Notes under the pieces: generated by a model
The model's input: the letters and a program-made list of their open reading frames with translations, nothing else
The model's database searches: none
Told to the model about the DNA's origin: nothing
Translations under genes and position numbers: made by a program
Shown here: piece by piece, positions 29,301 through 41,021 of the stretch
Layout of the letters: the number at the start of each line of letters is the position of its first letter
Numbering within the stretch: position 1 is the first letter of the stretch
Assembly (NCBI GenBank): GCA_963791045.1
Contig: CAWBQK010000011.1
Coordinates: 320,001 to 384,000 of the forward strand
Length of the DNA stretch: 64,000 nt
Direction of reading: 5' to 3'
From: Candidatus Latescibacterota bacterium
GTDB lineage: Bacteria > Krumholzibacteriota > Krumholzibacteriia > WVZY01

Positions 29301-29891
29301 ATGGAAAGGACGACTCAACGAGGTGATAACGATGCAGAACTTGTGGCCAAATCGCTCAGCGGAAGTGACAAAGCCTTTCGTACGCTCGTTGAGCGGTATC
29401 AGCCCCTCGTTTATTCCGTGGTCCGAGGGGTGCTCGGAGACAGCGATACCGCGGAAGACGTTGTCCAGGAAGTATTTATCAAGGTTTTCAAGGGGCTGCA
29501 CACCTACCGTGGGGATGCCAAGCTCTCGACCTGGATGTATCGGATCGCGCGAAACGAGGCGGTCAACGCCGGACGCCGGACGCCGCCTCCAACGACACCC
29601 GTCGAAGATGTCATCCTCGAAGCGCCCGCCGGAGAGGGCCCCGATGAGGCTTTCCGAAAAAAAGCGATTCGGGAAAATCTCGATCAGTCGCTCGCCCGGC
29701 TCGAAGACAATTACCGTCTCGTGCTCGAGCTCCGTTACATGGGCGAAATGTCTTACAACGAAATCAGCGACGTTATGGAGCTTCCGATCGGGACTGTGAA
29801 GACGTATATTCACAGAGCAAAGGTCGAACTCAAGAGGGTAATGAGCCGCGAACAATTTGTAGAGGAACACAAGAGACACCATGACATGTGA
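29301..29891 (+). CDS. ECF RNA polymerase sigma-70 factor
   Basis: Region 2 AEDVVQEVF, STWMYRIARN; region 4 SYNEIS...GTVKTYIHRA. Confidence 0.93.
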   Translation: MERTTQRGDNDAELVAKSLSGSDKAFRTLVERYQPLVYSVVRGVLGDSDTAEDVVQEVFIKVFKGLHTYRGDAKLSTWMYRIARNEAVNAGRRTPPPTTPVEDVILEAPAGEGPDEAFRKKAIRENLDQSLARLEDNYRLVLELRYMGEMSYNEISDVMELPIGTVKTYIHRAKVELKRVMSREQFVEEHKRHHDM

Positions 29892-30399
29892 CAAATTCGA
29901 AGATCTGCTTCCGTTCTACGCCGAGGGCGACATCGCCGACGATGACCGCCTCAGGGTAGACGAGCATCTCAAAGGGTGCGCGTCGTGCCGCGAGTCGCTC
30001 GCGTTCTTCGAAGATCTGGAAACCGCGCTTGTCTCGCGGAGCGAGATCCGCCCTCCAGCGCGCCGGACGGCGGCCGCTGTCACAGAACGTCTCGGGCTCG
30101 ACACCCGCCGTCGCTGGTATTCCATATCATGGGCCGGTGCGCCTGCGCTCGCCGGAATCGCGCTTGCTCTCGTCGGCGTGCTGCTTCTTTTTGTCCGGCT
30201 CCCGATCCCGGAAATGCCGTCGCTTACAAACAGCGATTTCTTCCTTTGGTTTACCGCGCTCATCGAGAAGTGGACGCTGGAAACGGCGCAGCTCGGGAGC
30301 GGCGGCGACGAATGGGTGCTCCTCACCGTTTACTCGACTCTCTTCGCAATGATTCTGTTTTCTGGAAGCTGGATGGTACTGAGGTTCGTCCGCGACTAG
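29881..30399 (+). CDS. Zinc-finger (ZAS/zf-HC2) membrane anti-sigma factor
   Basis: MTC...HLKGCASC (HxxxCxxC), two TM segments; overlaps the sigma gene. Confidence 0.88.
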   Translation: MTCDKFEDLLPFYAEGDIADDDRLRVDEHLKGCASCRESLAFFEDLETALVSRSEIRPPARRTAAAVTERLGLDTRRRWYSISWAGAPALAGIALALVGVLLLFVRLPIPEMPSLTNSDFFLWFTALIEKWTLETAQLGSGGDEWVLLTVYSTLFAMILFSGSWMVLRFVRD

Positions 30400-30409
30400 A
30401 CCCGCCCCG

Positions 30410-31093
30410 TTAGAACCGATATCCCACGCCAAGCCGAGGTTGCAGGTAGTTCGCGTAGATTACGTGTGCAAAGATTTCAAGATGTGACCAGAAGAGGAAA
30501 TCGGTCCCTACCGCAATCCCAAGATTGGTTATGCTTTCCTTCGTGCCGCTGAGGCAGGCGCCCCCGTCATAGACTTGATTGTCCACGAAGTATCCCGGGC
30601 CCCACCACCCTGTGAACTCGTGCTTGGGCCCGATCTCCCAGGTTTTTCCCACCTGTATGAGCCCAGCGAAATGCCGTGTCATGCTATGGCAGTTCGACTC
30701 CTGGTTGTCATGCTGGAAATTCTCGAAATAATTGAGCAGCGCGCTGATATAGAAATCCTCGGTTTCGAAAATCAAAACGGTCGCGCCCACACCGAGATTT
30801 ATGTGTCGGTACGACGTGCCTTCGTTGTGCGGGTCGCCGTTCAATATGGCGAACTCAAAATACCCTGTGAAGCGTTCGTGAAATCCATATTTCGCCCAAA
30901 AGGTCCCGAGGTTGTACTTGTCTTCGCTTTTTCCCGATCCGTCGGTCCACTCCGTGTCGCGGTGGAGCCACATTTCCTGCGCGCCAAACGTGAACTTTCC
31001 TTTTTTGGCGGGGGGCGTAAGCAATATCGCCCGGGCGTTTTCCGTTATGAGGGCCGCCGCGAGCAGAATTATGACGAAAACAAACCGTCGCAT
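30410..31093 (-). CDS. Secreted putative outer-membrane beta-barrel protein (paralog 1)
   Basis: Signal peptide, amphipathic strands, C-terminal QPRLGVGYRF beta-signal. Confidence 0.7.
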   Translation of the reverse strand: MRRFVFVIILLAAALITENARAILLTPPAKKGKFTFGAQEMWLHRDTEWTDGSGKSEDKYNLGTFWAKYGFHERFTGYFEFAILNGDPHNEGTSYRHINLGVGATVLIFETEDFYISALLNYFENFQHDNQESNCHSMTRHFAGLIQVGKTWEIGPKHEFTGWWGPGYFVDNQVYDGGACLSGTKESITNLGIAVGTDFLFWSHLEIFAHVIYANYLQPRLGVGYRF

Positions 31094-31101
31094 GTTAAAT
31101 C

Positions 31102-31779
31102 CTAAAACTGGAACCCAGCGCCGAGGCGCGGCTGAAACGCGTCCGCGTATACACCGTGCGCGAACAGATCCACGCGTTGAAACACCACCGCGTTTACGCC
31201 GACGACAAAACCAAAGTTGTTCGAGGTCTCATCCTTGACCGGGTTGGATGTGCCCCATGGGTACTGGCGGCTCTGGTCATAAACAAACGCAGGACCGCCC
31301 CAGACCACGAGCCTCTGTTCTCTGATGTCGAACGCTTTTTCGACCTGGAGAACGGAGGTGATGTCGCGAGTGTTTTTGTGGAGCTGGCTGTCGGTCCGGT
31401 CGTGGTCGAATATTTCGCTGTAATGGCCTGAGAGCGACAAATCGACCCACTTGCCCCGGTAAAGTTTTGCTGTTATCCCGCCGCCGATGGTGTAGCGGCG
31501 GTAATCGTTGTCGGGGAAGTCATCATGATGAACCGTTGAGATTCCGCCTTCGAAATCGAAAGTCGCCCACCGGCACGCGCCGTATTTGAAATAAATCGCT
31601 CCCGCCGACCAGTCCACCCGTCCGAGATAAGTCGATTCGAAATCGCGTTCGTACCACTTGTACGTAACCCCAACCTCGAGTTGGTGCCGGTCGAGGATCG
31701 GCCCCATCACCTGGGCCTGGGCACAAACCGCCGTGAAGACGACGAGGGTTAAAAGTACGAATGTGATTCTTTGCATCAT
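31102..31779 (-). CDS. Secreted putative outer-membrane beta-barrel protein (paralog 2)
   Basis: Signal peptide (AQA), C-terminal QPRLGAGFQF; similar to the neighbouring paralog. Confidence 0.7.
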   Translation of the reverse strand: MMQRITFVLLTLVVFTAVCAQAQVMGPILDRHQLEVGVTYKWYERDFESTYLGRVDWSAGAIYFKYGACRWATFDFEGGISTVHHDDFPDNDYRRYTIGGGITAKLYRGKWVDLSLSGHYSEIFDHDRTDSQLHKNTRDITSVLQVEKAFDIREQRLVVWGGPAFVYDQSRQYPWGTSNPVKDETSNNFGFVVGVNAVVFQRVDLFAHGVYADAFQPRLGAGFQF

Positions 31780-31798
31780 TTCCTTGTTTGCCGTTTTG

Positions 31799-33598
31799 CT
31801 ATTTTCTCAACCGGAGTATCCGCCCCCGGTCGCCCACGCCGATGATGTCGTTAGCCGAACTCCCCCACAGCCCCCAGAAATTTGTGTCCTGATCAAAAAA
31901 CATTTGCGTCCACAGTACACCGTCGAAGTGAAGAATGTCGCCTTCAAAAGACGCCGCATACACATCGTTGAACGCCGTCCCCCAAACGGAGGTTAGTGTC
32001 TTGAGTCCGCCGCCCGTCATGGGTTCCCATGTGGTTCCGTCGAAGAAAAGAATGGTGCCCTCAACACCTACGGCAAAGACGGCATCATCGCTCGGCCCCC
32101 AAAGACCCATGATTCCCTTGTTGGTTCCACTCGACAACTTGTGCCACGCGGAGCCGTCGTACCGAATGATCCCGCCCTCATCGCCCGCAATAAAAACATT
32201 CTTGTCCGACGTGCCCCAAACCACCCATGGGTCGAAATCTATTCCCGTATCAAGCGAGTCCCATCCCGCCTCGCTGTAGTGAAGGACCGTTCGCTCGCTC
32301 CCCACCGCATAGACATCAAACGGACCGTGTCCCCAGATACTCCACAGCCTTGCCAGGGATCTCGTATTTTGCAGACTCCAAACCGCCCCATCAAAGTGGT
32401 AGGCGATGCCCTCGTCGCCAACGGCGAAGACATCGTTGGCGCTCGATCCCCAGATGGCCTGGATCCCGCGTTCGGTCTGCAAGAAGATCTCGTTCCAACG
32501 CGATCCGTCGTACTGAAAGAGAAGCCCGAAGTCGGCCACGGCATAGGCATTGTCCGGGGAGCTGCCCCAGATGCCGTTCAGGTTGACCGCGGCGCCGCTG
32601 CACAGAGCATCCCAGGTCGAGCCGTCGTAGCCGATGATTTTTCCGAAGTTGCCCGCGGCGATCATATTGCCCGAGGGCGTTCCCCAGATGCCTGACATGC
32701 CGAAAATGGTCCCCGTGTCCATCTGCCCCCAAGCGTTCCCGTCATATTTGAGAACGCGGCCACCCCATCCCGCCGCGAACAACCCGCCCGTCTCGTTGCC
32801 CCACACGCTGTATAAATTTTCCATAAATGATTGATAGCCGATCGACTCCCAACTCATCCCATCGTATTTGTAGGCGACTTGCCCTTCACCAACGACATAG
32901 ATCTCATCGCTGGTTCGACCCCAAATGTCCTCAAGGTCCCACCACGAGAGTGTGGTTACCGCCTCCCATGCCGATCCATCAAAGTGAACGACAGCCCCGT
33001 TTCGCCCAACCGCCCACACATCATCCCTCGAGGTTCCCCATACGGCATGGAGCCGCGCCGGCCCCGGCAAGTCCAATCTTTCCGGCGGAGTCGATTCGGT
33101 CCAGGTATCTCCGTCGTAATAGAGTATCGAATCTCCCACGGCAAAGATCTCGCCGGTGTCGGCGACCCATACGTCTCGGAGAACCGATGCTGATTCCGCG
33201 CCGAGGAGCAACCAGCTCTCGCCATCGTAGTGATAAATTTGACCCGCCCAGTATGTATGCGGTTTGGCCACTGCGTAGATGTCGTCCGCGTCGCGCCCCC
33301 ACACACTGTAGAAATCGACAAACCCCGGGCACCCGTCGCAGTTCATGTTTTCAAAAGAAGAGCCGTCGTAATGGAGAATGGTGCTGTAGTTCCCGACGAG
33401 GAACCAGTCCGAGTCGGACGCGGCCCATACGCTCCGGATTGGCTCACGCGTGGGAAGAGGGGCTTCCAAGACCCAATCGGCCTGTTGCGGCCTGGGCGCC
33501 GGCGCGATGGGCTTCTGCCCGCAGCCGAAACGAGAGGGAGAAGAGGGTAATGATGATGAATGCGAACTTGAATTTGCATTGTTCGAGCACGGAGCCAC
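31799..33598 (-). CDS. Beta-propeller repeat lipoprotein (W-G-x-S..D.YAVG..I.HYDG repeats), paralog 1
   Basis: About 14 repeats of about 40 aa; FGCGQKP lipobox; the hydrophobic signal peptide appears in another frame (probable indel near 33540). Confidence 0.78.
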   Translation of the reverse strand: MAPCSNNANSSSHSSSLPSSPSRFGCGQKPIAPAPRPQQADWVLEAPLPTREPIRSVWAASDSDWFLVGNYSTILHYDGSSFENMNCDGCPGFVDFYSVWGRDADDIYAVAKPHTYWAGQIYHYDGESWLLLGAESASVLRDVWVADTGEIFAVGDSILYYDGDTWTESTPPERLDLPGPARLHAVWGTSRDDVWAVGRNGAVVHFDGSAWEAVTTLSWWDLEDIWGRTSDEIYVVGEGQVAYKYDGMSWESIGYQSFMENLYSVWGNETGGLFAAGWGGRVLKYDGNAWGQMDTGTIFGMSGIWGTPSGNMIAAGNFGKIIGYDGSTWDALCSGAAVNLNGIWGSSPDNAYAVADFGLLFQYDGSRWNEIFLQTERGIQAIWGSSANDVFAVGDEGIAYHFDGAVWSLQNTRSLARLWSIWGHGPFDVYAVGSERTVLHYSEAGWDSLDTGIDFDPWVVWGTSDKNVFIAGDEGGIIRYDGSAWHKLSSGTNKGIMGLWGPSDDAVFAVGVEGTILFFDGTTWEPMTGGGLKTLTSVWGTAFNDVYAASFEGDILHFDGVLWTQMFFDQDTNFWGLWGSSANDIIGVGDRGRILRLRK

Positions 33599-33610
33599 CG
33601 AACGCCGGGT

Positions 33611-35389
33611 TTATTTCTTAAGACGGAGTATCCGCCCGTGATCGCCGATTCCGACGATGTCGTTTGCCGAACTTCCCCAAAGTCCCCAGAAATTCGTGTC
33701 CGGGTCCGAAAACATCAGCGTCCACAATACACCGTCGAAGTGGAAGATGTCGCCTTCAAAAGACGCGGCATACACATCGTTGAATGCCGTTCCCCATATC
33801 GCGGTGAGGGTTTTGAGTCCGCCGCCTTTCATCGGGCTCCAGGTCGCGCCGTCAAAAAAGAGAATCGTTCCCTCGACACCAACAGCGAAGATCGCATCCT
33901 CGCCCGTTGCCCCACATACTCATGATTCCGCGGTCGGTCCCGCTCGTCATCTTTTGCCAGATGTAGCCGTCGAAGCGGATGATCCCGCCTTCGTCACCCG
34001 CGATAAAAACATTTTTCGATGAAGTCCCCCAGACAACCCACGGGTCGAAATCAATCCCCGTTTCGATCGGCTTCCCATTCGGCGCCATCGTAGTGAAGAA
34101 CCGAACGGTCACTCCCAATCGCGTATACGTCGAGTGGGCCGCTGCCCCACACACCCCAGAACCTGTCGTATTCCCAGTAGGATTGCACCCACCAAACCGA
34201 ACCGTCAAAATGACAAATCAACCCGTCGTTGCCGACGGCAAAAACATCATTTGCGCTCGATCCCCATATTGCCTGGAGTACATTCGGGGGACGGGGCGGC
34301 ACCTCGTTCCAGACATTTCCGTCGTACTGATACGTGATCCCGTAATCGGCGACCACATATATGTTGTCCGGCCCACTACCCCAAATTCCGTTAAGGTTGG
34401 TCGCCGACCCGTTGCACAACGCCTTCCACTCAACGCCATCGTAACCAATGATTTTGCCATATCGTCCCGCGGCGATCATTTTACCGGAAGATGATCCCCA
34501 GATTCTGGTCAATTGAAAATTGGTCCCCGTGTTCATATCCCGCCAGGTGTTTCCGTCGGATCGGATCACCTCGCCGTTAGAGCCCACGGCAAAAAAAACG
34601 CCCTCCTCATTGCCCCAAATACTGTGAGCGTAGGGTCCGTTCAACGGTTCCCATGTCTGGCCGTCGAAGGTGTGTATCAGCAACCTTCCGCAGAGGTAAA
34701 CTTCGTTGGTCGCCCGCCCCCAGATGTCCTCGATATTTCCGTCTTCGTCTAAGGAATGATCCTCCCACTCGGAGCCGTTGAAGTGGATGAGGAAGCCATC
34801 TTCACCGCCCGCCCATACGTCGGTCGGCGAGGATCCCCATACGGCCTTAAGCCGCGAGCCCAATTCCGTGTTGGATCTTTCAGGTGGGGTTGTTTCTGTC
34901 CAAACCGTTCCGTCGAAGTGGAGAATCGAATCCCCCACGGCAAAAATCTCGCCGGAGTCAGCGACCCAGATGTCTTCAAGGACTGAAGATGATTCCACGC
35001 CGAAGAGCGTCCAGCTCTCCCCATCGTAGTGATAGATGCGGCCTGAAAAATTGTTGCGAGGGTTTCCCACCGCGATAAACATCATCCGCGGCGCGTCCAA
35101 AGACATTGTAGAAGTCGACAATCCCCAGGCACCCGTCGCAATTCATGCTCTCAAAAGAAGAGCCGTTATAGTGGAGAAGGGTGCTTTGATCCCCGACGAG
35201 AAACCAGTCCGTGTCCGATGCGCCCCAAACACCTCGAATCCAGCCGGGGGCGGGATACGGGGCTTCGAGGACCCAATCGGCCTGTTGCGGGTTGGGTGCG
35301 GGCGCGATGGGTTTCTGTCCGCAGCCTGGGGTGAGCACGGCGAGGGCGGCAAGGAGAACGAGAAACGCGTATTTTGCTGGTCGATCCAT
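33611..35389 (-). CDS. Beta-propeller repeat lipoprotein, paralog 2 (several apparent indels)
   Basis: MDRPAKYAFLVLLAALAVLTPGCGQKP lipoprotein signal; ORF fragments 34976-35389, 34051-35121, 33852-34208 and 33611-33832 are collinear with paralog 1. Confidence 0.75.
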
Positions 35390-35507
35390 TGTTGTTGATG
35401 TGCCTCGCCGATGCCGCAATAACAGCCAAAAATAACTCAGGTGTGGCAGAGTGGGCTGGAATCCAATACTATCGGGGAAGCAAGGCCGTGGCCAGAGGAA
35501 AACACGA

Positions 35508-36536
35508 ATGCCGAAATCGAAAAAAACGAGCGAAAAAGAATTGATCGAAGGATTTGCCCGGACGATCGCCGCCGCTAAGTCCAAAGCTCCCGGGATAGTT
35601 GTCGGCGTCGGTGACGATGCGGCGGTTCTTCGTCCAAAACCCTCTCAGGATCTTCTGGTTACGACGGATATAATGGTCGAAGGCCGCCACTTCGAAAAAC
35701 GCTGGTTCACAGGCCACGCCCTCGGCTGGCGGCTTGCCGCGGTCAACCTGAGCGATATCGCTTCGATGGGCGGACGGCCGCTTTACGGGCTGCTTTCGTT
35801 CGCTCTGCCCAGGGGTTTTGACGAGCGCTATATCCATGCGGTCGAACGGGGCGTGCGCGATCATCTCGCCACATACGGCGCGTCAATAGTAGGCGGAAAT
35901 GTGTCGGGGATCGAATCGACACTCGTTTGCGATCTCACGCTAATCGGATCGTGTGCAAAGGACAAGGCGTGGCGGCGGACGTGCCGCCCGGGGCGGGACG
36001 CGATTGTCGTGGCCGGTCATCTCGGCGACGCCCGCGCGGGCCTCGAGATGTTAAAGCAAACGCGAGGCGAGAAGCGGTCATCACCGCGGCTGGTTGGCGC
36101 TTTCAAAAAACCGGTTCCTCGTCTCGACGTCGCGGAGCTTCTTAGTTGTAATGCCCCGATACACGGCGCGATCGATGTGAGCGACGGGCTTTCGACCGAT
36201 CTCATTCATATGTGCGAGGCGAGCGGAGCCGGTTGCGAAATCGACACGGAGAGGCTGCCGTTGTCGCGCGCGCTCCGATCGTTCTGCACGAACCGCGGTC
36301 TCGACCCGATCGAGTTCGCGCTAGCCGGCGGCGAGGACTACGCGCTGGTTCTCGCGGTAGACGCCGGAAAGGCCCAGGCCACTGCGGCGCGTATCGAACG
36401 CGCACTGAATATTCCCGCCGTGGTTGTTGGCCGATTTACAAAAAAGAAAAACACATATTGTCTCGTTGATACCGACGGCTCGCGACGCGTGTTCAAACCC
36501 GAGGGGTGGGACGCGATCCGAAGCCCATCCTCTTGA
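35508..36536 (+). CDS. thiL: Thiamine-monophosphate kinase
   Basis: GVGDDAA, TTDIMVEG.HF, NLSDIASMGG, GGN, IDVSDGL, GGEDY. Confidence 0.95.
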   Translation: MPKSKKTSEKELIEGFARTIAAAKSKAPGIVVGVGDDAAVLRPKPSQDLLVTTDIMVEGRHFEKRWFTGHALGWRLAAVNLSDIASMGGRPLYGLLSFALPRGFDERYIHAVERGVRDHLATYGASIVGGNVSGIESTLVCDLTLIGSCAKDKAWRRTCRPGRDAIVVAGHLGDARAGLEMLKQTRGEKRSSPRLVGAFKKPVPRLDVAELLSCNAPIHGAIDVSDGLSTDLIHMCEASGAGCEIDTERLPLSRALRSFCTNRGLDPIEFALAGGEDYALVLAVDAGKAQATAARIERALNIPAVVVGRFTKKKNTYCLVDTDGSRRVFKPEGWDAIRSPSS

Positions 36537-36549
36537 GAACGGAGAGTCC

Positions 36550-38046
36550 ATGAAATTGCCCCACCGATTCACGATGCTAGCGGTTTTTGTGTCGGTTTTG
36601 ATGTGGTTGAGCGCCGCTGCCGGTCCGGTGGCCGCACAAGCTGACCCCGCCGCGGCTTCGGCTTGCGAGTGTCTCGATACCTCCAACCCCGAAGACAAAG
36701 CAGCCGTGGTCTGGCGTGGGCCCTCCCCAAGTCTATCCCTTCCGGAGCTTGCTACACTCGTCGCGCCTGTCCTTTGGTATTCCGTCGACGAGCCGTTGGT
36801 AGTTATGGGTGATTTGCCACTCCCGCACGCGCATCCCTGTGACGATCCGGCCGAGTTGGGGGTGACCTATTATCAGGTGACCAAGATTATGCTCAGGCCG
36901 GGCGCCGACGAGGTGACGATACCTGAACAGGAAGACGCAGCCTTTTTTGAAAAGACCGACCAGTTCACCGTCAGGTACTATTTTTACTACCATCAGGACT
37001 ATGGTATGAACGGGCATGTCCACGATCTCGAGGTCGCCGAGTTCGAGGTCTCCCTTGCCGAAACCGATTCGGGCTGTTTTGAAGTTGAAATATTGCGGGT
37101 CACGGCGTTGGCTCACGGCACCGACTGGTATTCGAACGAGCTTCAGATCAATGGCGAATTCGTCAGGACTCCTATTGTCCTTTTTGTCGAGGAAGGCAAG
37201 CATGCCACTTGCCCCGACCGGAACGCCGACGGTATTTACACCCCGGGTTACGATGTCAATGTGAGAATCAACGACGCCTGGGGAGTTCGCGATGTCTTTG
37301 GCGCCGGCTGGCTCATCGCTCCCGGATACACGGCATCGATGACCAAACCCCGTCATCTCCGGTTCAGAGTTTTGCCGCCGGATTCTCCTAATCGCTGCGA
37401 CGTTGATGTTTTTTCCTCCTCCTTGAGGGATACGACTGATTTGGACCATTACGAGCTTCGGGCGGCCAATACCGTCGTCATGTGTGAAGACGTTCCACCG
37501 GATCGGGAATTTCTCATCGAAATGATGACGAAACATCATTTTGGCGGGGGGAACGAACCCGAGCAGCTCAAATCGGGGAGCGTCAAGAAACTCGCCGACC
37601 CATTGCTCGGATCGGGTAGGCTGCCGTCGATCAATCTTCGGTGGGACCGGGGTCTGGGTGTGTCTTTTGCGGCGCAGGGTCTGCCAATCGAGGCAATCTA
37701 TCTCGTGCCCAGGGCAACCTGGATCTTCGATACTGGTGAAGTGAGTGCCGAGGGGCTCATTAGCACATCGGCCTCGCGGTTTATGGGAAGTTACCTCAGC
37801 GCCGGCGCCGCTTACGAATACGATCGGTGGAGAAATTCGAGCGGTGGTATCGAGAAAGCCACGGACAAACGGTGGAACTTCGTCGCCGAGACGGGGGTCA
37901 AGTTCCGTTTTCGCATATCGGGCAAATTACGGTTCGCCACGCTGGGTTACCAGTTCGCCGGTGTTCGTTTCGGAATTAGAGTCAGCGGGTTCGACAGCTT
38001 CAAGAACGGACGATTCATTGCCGAGATCGGTGGCGGTGTGTGGTAA
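36550..38046 (+). CDS. Secreted hypothetical protein; NPP1/Vps62-like N-terminal region and beta-strand-rich C-terminus
   Basis: GGAGAG RBS, signal peptide, YYFYY...GHVHDLE...AHG...GKHA; ends EIGGGVW. Confidence 0.6.
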   Translation: MKLPHRFTMLAVFVSVLMWLSAAAGPVAAQADPAAASACECLDTSNPEDKAAVVWRGPSPSLSLPELATLVAPVLWYSVDEPLVVMGDLPLPHAHPCDDPAELGVTYYQVTKIMLRPGADEVTIPEQEDAAFFEKTDQFTVRYYFYYHQDYGMNGHVHDLEVAEFEVSLAETDSGCFEVEILRVTALAHGTDWYSNELQINGEFVRTPIVLFVEEGKHATCPDRNADGIYTPGYDVNVRINDAWGVRDVFGAGWLIAPGYTASMTKPRHLRFRVLPPDSPNRCDVDVFSSSLRDTTDLDHYELRAANTVVMCEDVPPDREFLIEMMTKHHFGGGNEPEQLKSGSVKKLADPLLGSGRLPSINLRWDRGLGVSFAAQGLPIEAIYLVPRATWIFDTGEVSAEGLISTSASRFMGSYLSAGAAYEYDRWRNSSGGIEKATDKRWNFVAETGVKFRFRISGKLRFATLGYQFAGVRFGIRVSGFDSFKNGRFIAEIGGGVW

Positions 38047-38274
38047 CCCGAAACAAGGGTCGCACGCGCTGATATTCTGCGTATAGGGGTCAAATTCTTA
38101 TCAGGTTAGCGAGCCGCGATTCGCGCTCCCGCAGCGGGCTGCGCCTATTCGCGGCTTTCTTTTTGCCCTCTTATTTGTTATAGTTCTGGAACGATACGCC
38201 GCATGGGCGCCATTCATAACCAATTGTAATATATAACGATAGACTAATCCCTCTCCTCGCGTGGAGTCCTTCTT

Positions 38275-39666
38275 ATGACGTACACGGTGTCGTTCGAGAC
38301 ACTCGGCTGTCGGCTCAATCAGGCCGAGACGGCGGTCTTTACCCGGCAGTTTGTCGGGCAGGGGTACCGTCTTGTCGACGACAGCGCCGAGGCCGATCTC
38401 TGCATCATCAACACGTGTACGCTCACGCACTCCGCGACATCGAAGTGCCGACGGCTGATTCGTTCGATCATCCGGCGCAATCCCGATGTCTGTATTGCCG
38501 CCGTGGGGTGTTACGCGCAGACCGCCGTTGAGGAACTCAAGGCGATTGCCGGGCTAGACTATATTGTCGGGACGGCGGACAAGATGCGTTTGCCTGAAAT
38601 TATTCCGTCGCCGGTCAAGCTTCTCGAACCCGTTGTCGTCCGGCGGGCGGCGGCACGCGAGCGTTTCACGATCGACGCGGTGGGGTACTACCCGTCGCAT
38701 ACTCGCGCCAACCTCAAGGTTCAGGAAGGGTGCAATTTTGTTTGTTCGTACTGCATCATTCCCCGGAGCAGAGGGCCGGCACGAAGCCGCGATTTTGACA
38801 ATGTGATTCATGAGGCCGGTGCGCTCGTCGACGAAGGACATCGTGAGCTTATCGTCACGGGCATAAATGTCGGCACATACGAAGACGACGGACGGTCGCT
38901 CGTCGAAATGGTCGACGCGCTCGATCGTATTGATGGGCTCGAACGGATACGATTGAGTTCGATCGAACCGACGACCATAGCGGATGAATTGCTCGAACGC
39001 ATGGCGGACGGCGGAAAGTTGTGTCCGTACCTCCACATCCCGGTTCAAAGCGGTGACGATGGCGTGCTCGCGAGGATGCGCCGCAAGTACACCGTGGGGG
39101 AATACATCAACTATGTTGATCGTGTTCTCGAACGCGTTCAGGGAATTGGTCTCGGGACCGACATAATGGTGGGATTTCCCGGCGAGGATGACGCGGCCTT
39201 CGATAAAAGCTGCCGCGTGATCGAACGATCGCCCTATACAAACGTACATGTATTTAGTTTCTCCGCGCGGAAGGGGACGGGGGCGCAGGGTATGCTCGAT
39301 CATGTTCCGGGAGATGTGATCGCCGAGCGTAGCCGCGAAATTCACCGGATAGCGAACACGAAGAAACACGAGTACATCGAAAAGCAAAAGGGTCTGCGGC
39401 TTCGGGTGCTTTTCGAAGAACCGCTTTCGAATGGGTACTTCGTCGGTTTTTCGGACAACTATGTAAAGGTCGGTGTGCCCGTCGTTGAGAACGAAGACCT
39501 TTCCAACCGAATTGGTGTTGTCGAGGTCACGGGCGTTTTGTCGTCATCAGATCGCGCTGGAGCTCTTCTAGCCACCGGCGAGCTTATCGAAATCGAACCA
39601 GGCGGTTCTGGAGTTAACACCGCCGCGCTCAGCGCGCACGACACAACCGGTCGAACGTCGAATTAA
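38275..39666 (+). CDS. mtaB: tRNA ms2t6A methylthiotransferase
   Basis: TLGCRLNQAE, NTC, GCYAQ, KVQEGCNFVCSYC, SSIEP, FS.RKGT. Confidence 0.9.
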   Translation: MTYTVSFETLGCRLNQAETAVFTRQFVGQGYRLVDDSAEADLCIINTCTLTHSATSKCRRLIRSIIRRNPDVCIAAVGCYAQTAVEELKAIAGLDYIVGTADKMRLPEIIPSPVKLLEPVVVRRAAARERFTIDAVGYYPSHTRANLKVQEGCNFVCSYCIIPRSRGPARSRDFDNVIHEAGALVDEGHRELIVTGINVGTYEDDGRSLVEMVDALDRIDGLERIRLSSIEPTTIADELLERMADGGKLCPYLHIPVQSGDDGVLARMRRKYTVGEYINYVDRVLERVQGIGLGTDIMVGFPGEDDAAFDKSCRVIERSPYTNVHVFSFSARKGTGAQGMLDHVPGDVIAERSREIHRIANTKKHEYIEKQKGLRLRVLFEEPLSNGYFVGFSDNYVKVGVPVVENEDLSNRIGVVEVTGVLSSSDRAGALLATGELIEIEPGGSGVNTAALSAHDTTGRTSN

Positions 39667-39681
39667 CAACAAGGAAGCGCG

Positions 39682-41011
<1,330 letters not shown>

Positions 41012-41021
41012 AAAGAAAGGA

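Noticed and set aside
29004-29894. Long antisense ORFs (e.g. 29004-29894, 44358-45269, 55374-56261, 4942-5826)
   Set aside because: These are shadow frames opposite well-supported genes in GC-rich DNA, with no recognisable motifs
31799-35389. Repeats as a CRISPR array or DGR template/variable pair
   Set aside because: They are protein-coding propeller repeats and whole-gene paralogy; no constant repeat-spacer pattern, cas gene or reverse transcriptase
38111-38157. GC-rich hairpin GAGCCGCGA...TCGCGGCTT followed by T-rich sequence
   Set aside because: Probably an ordinary terminator; no similarity to the two-copy repeat could be established
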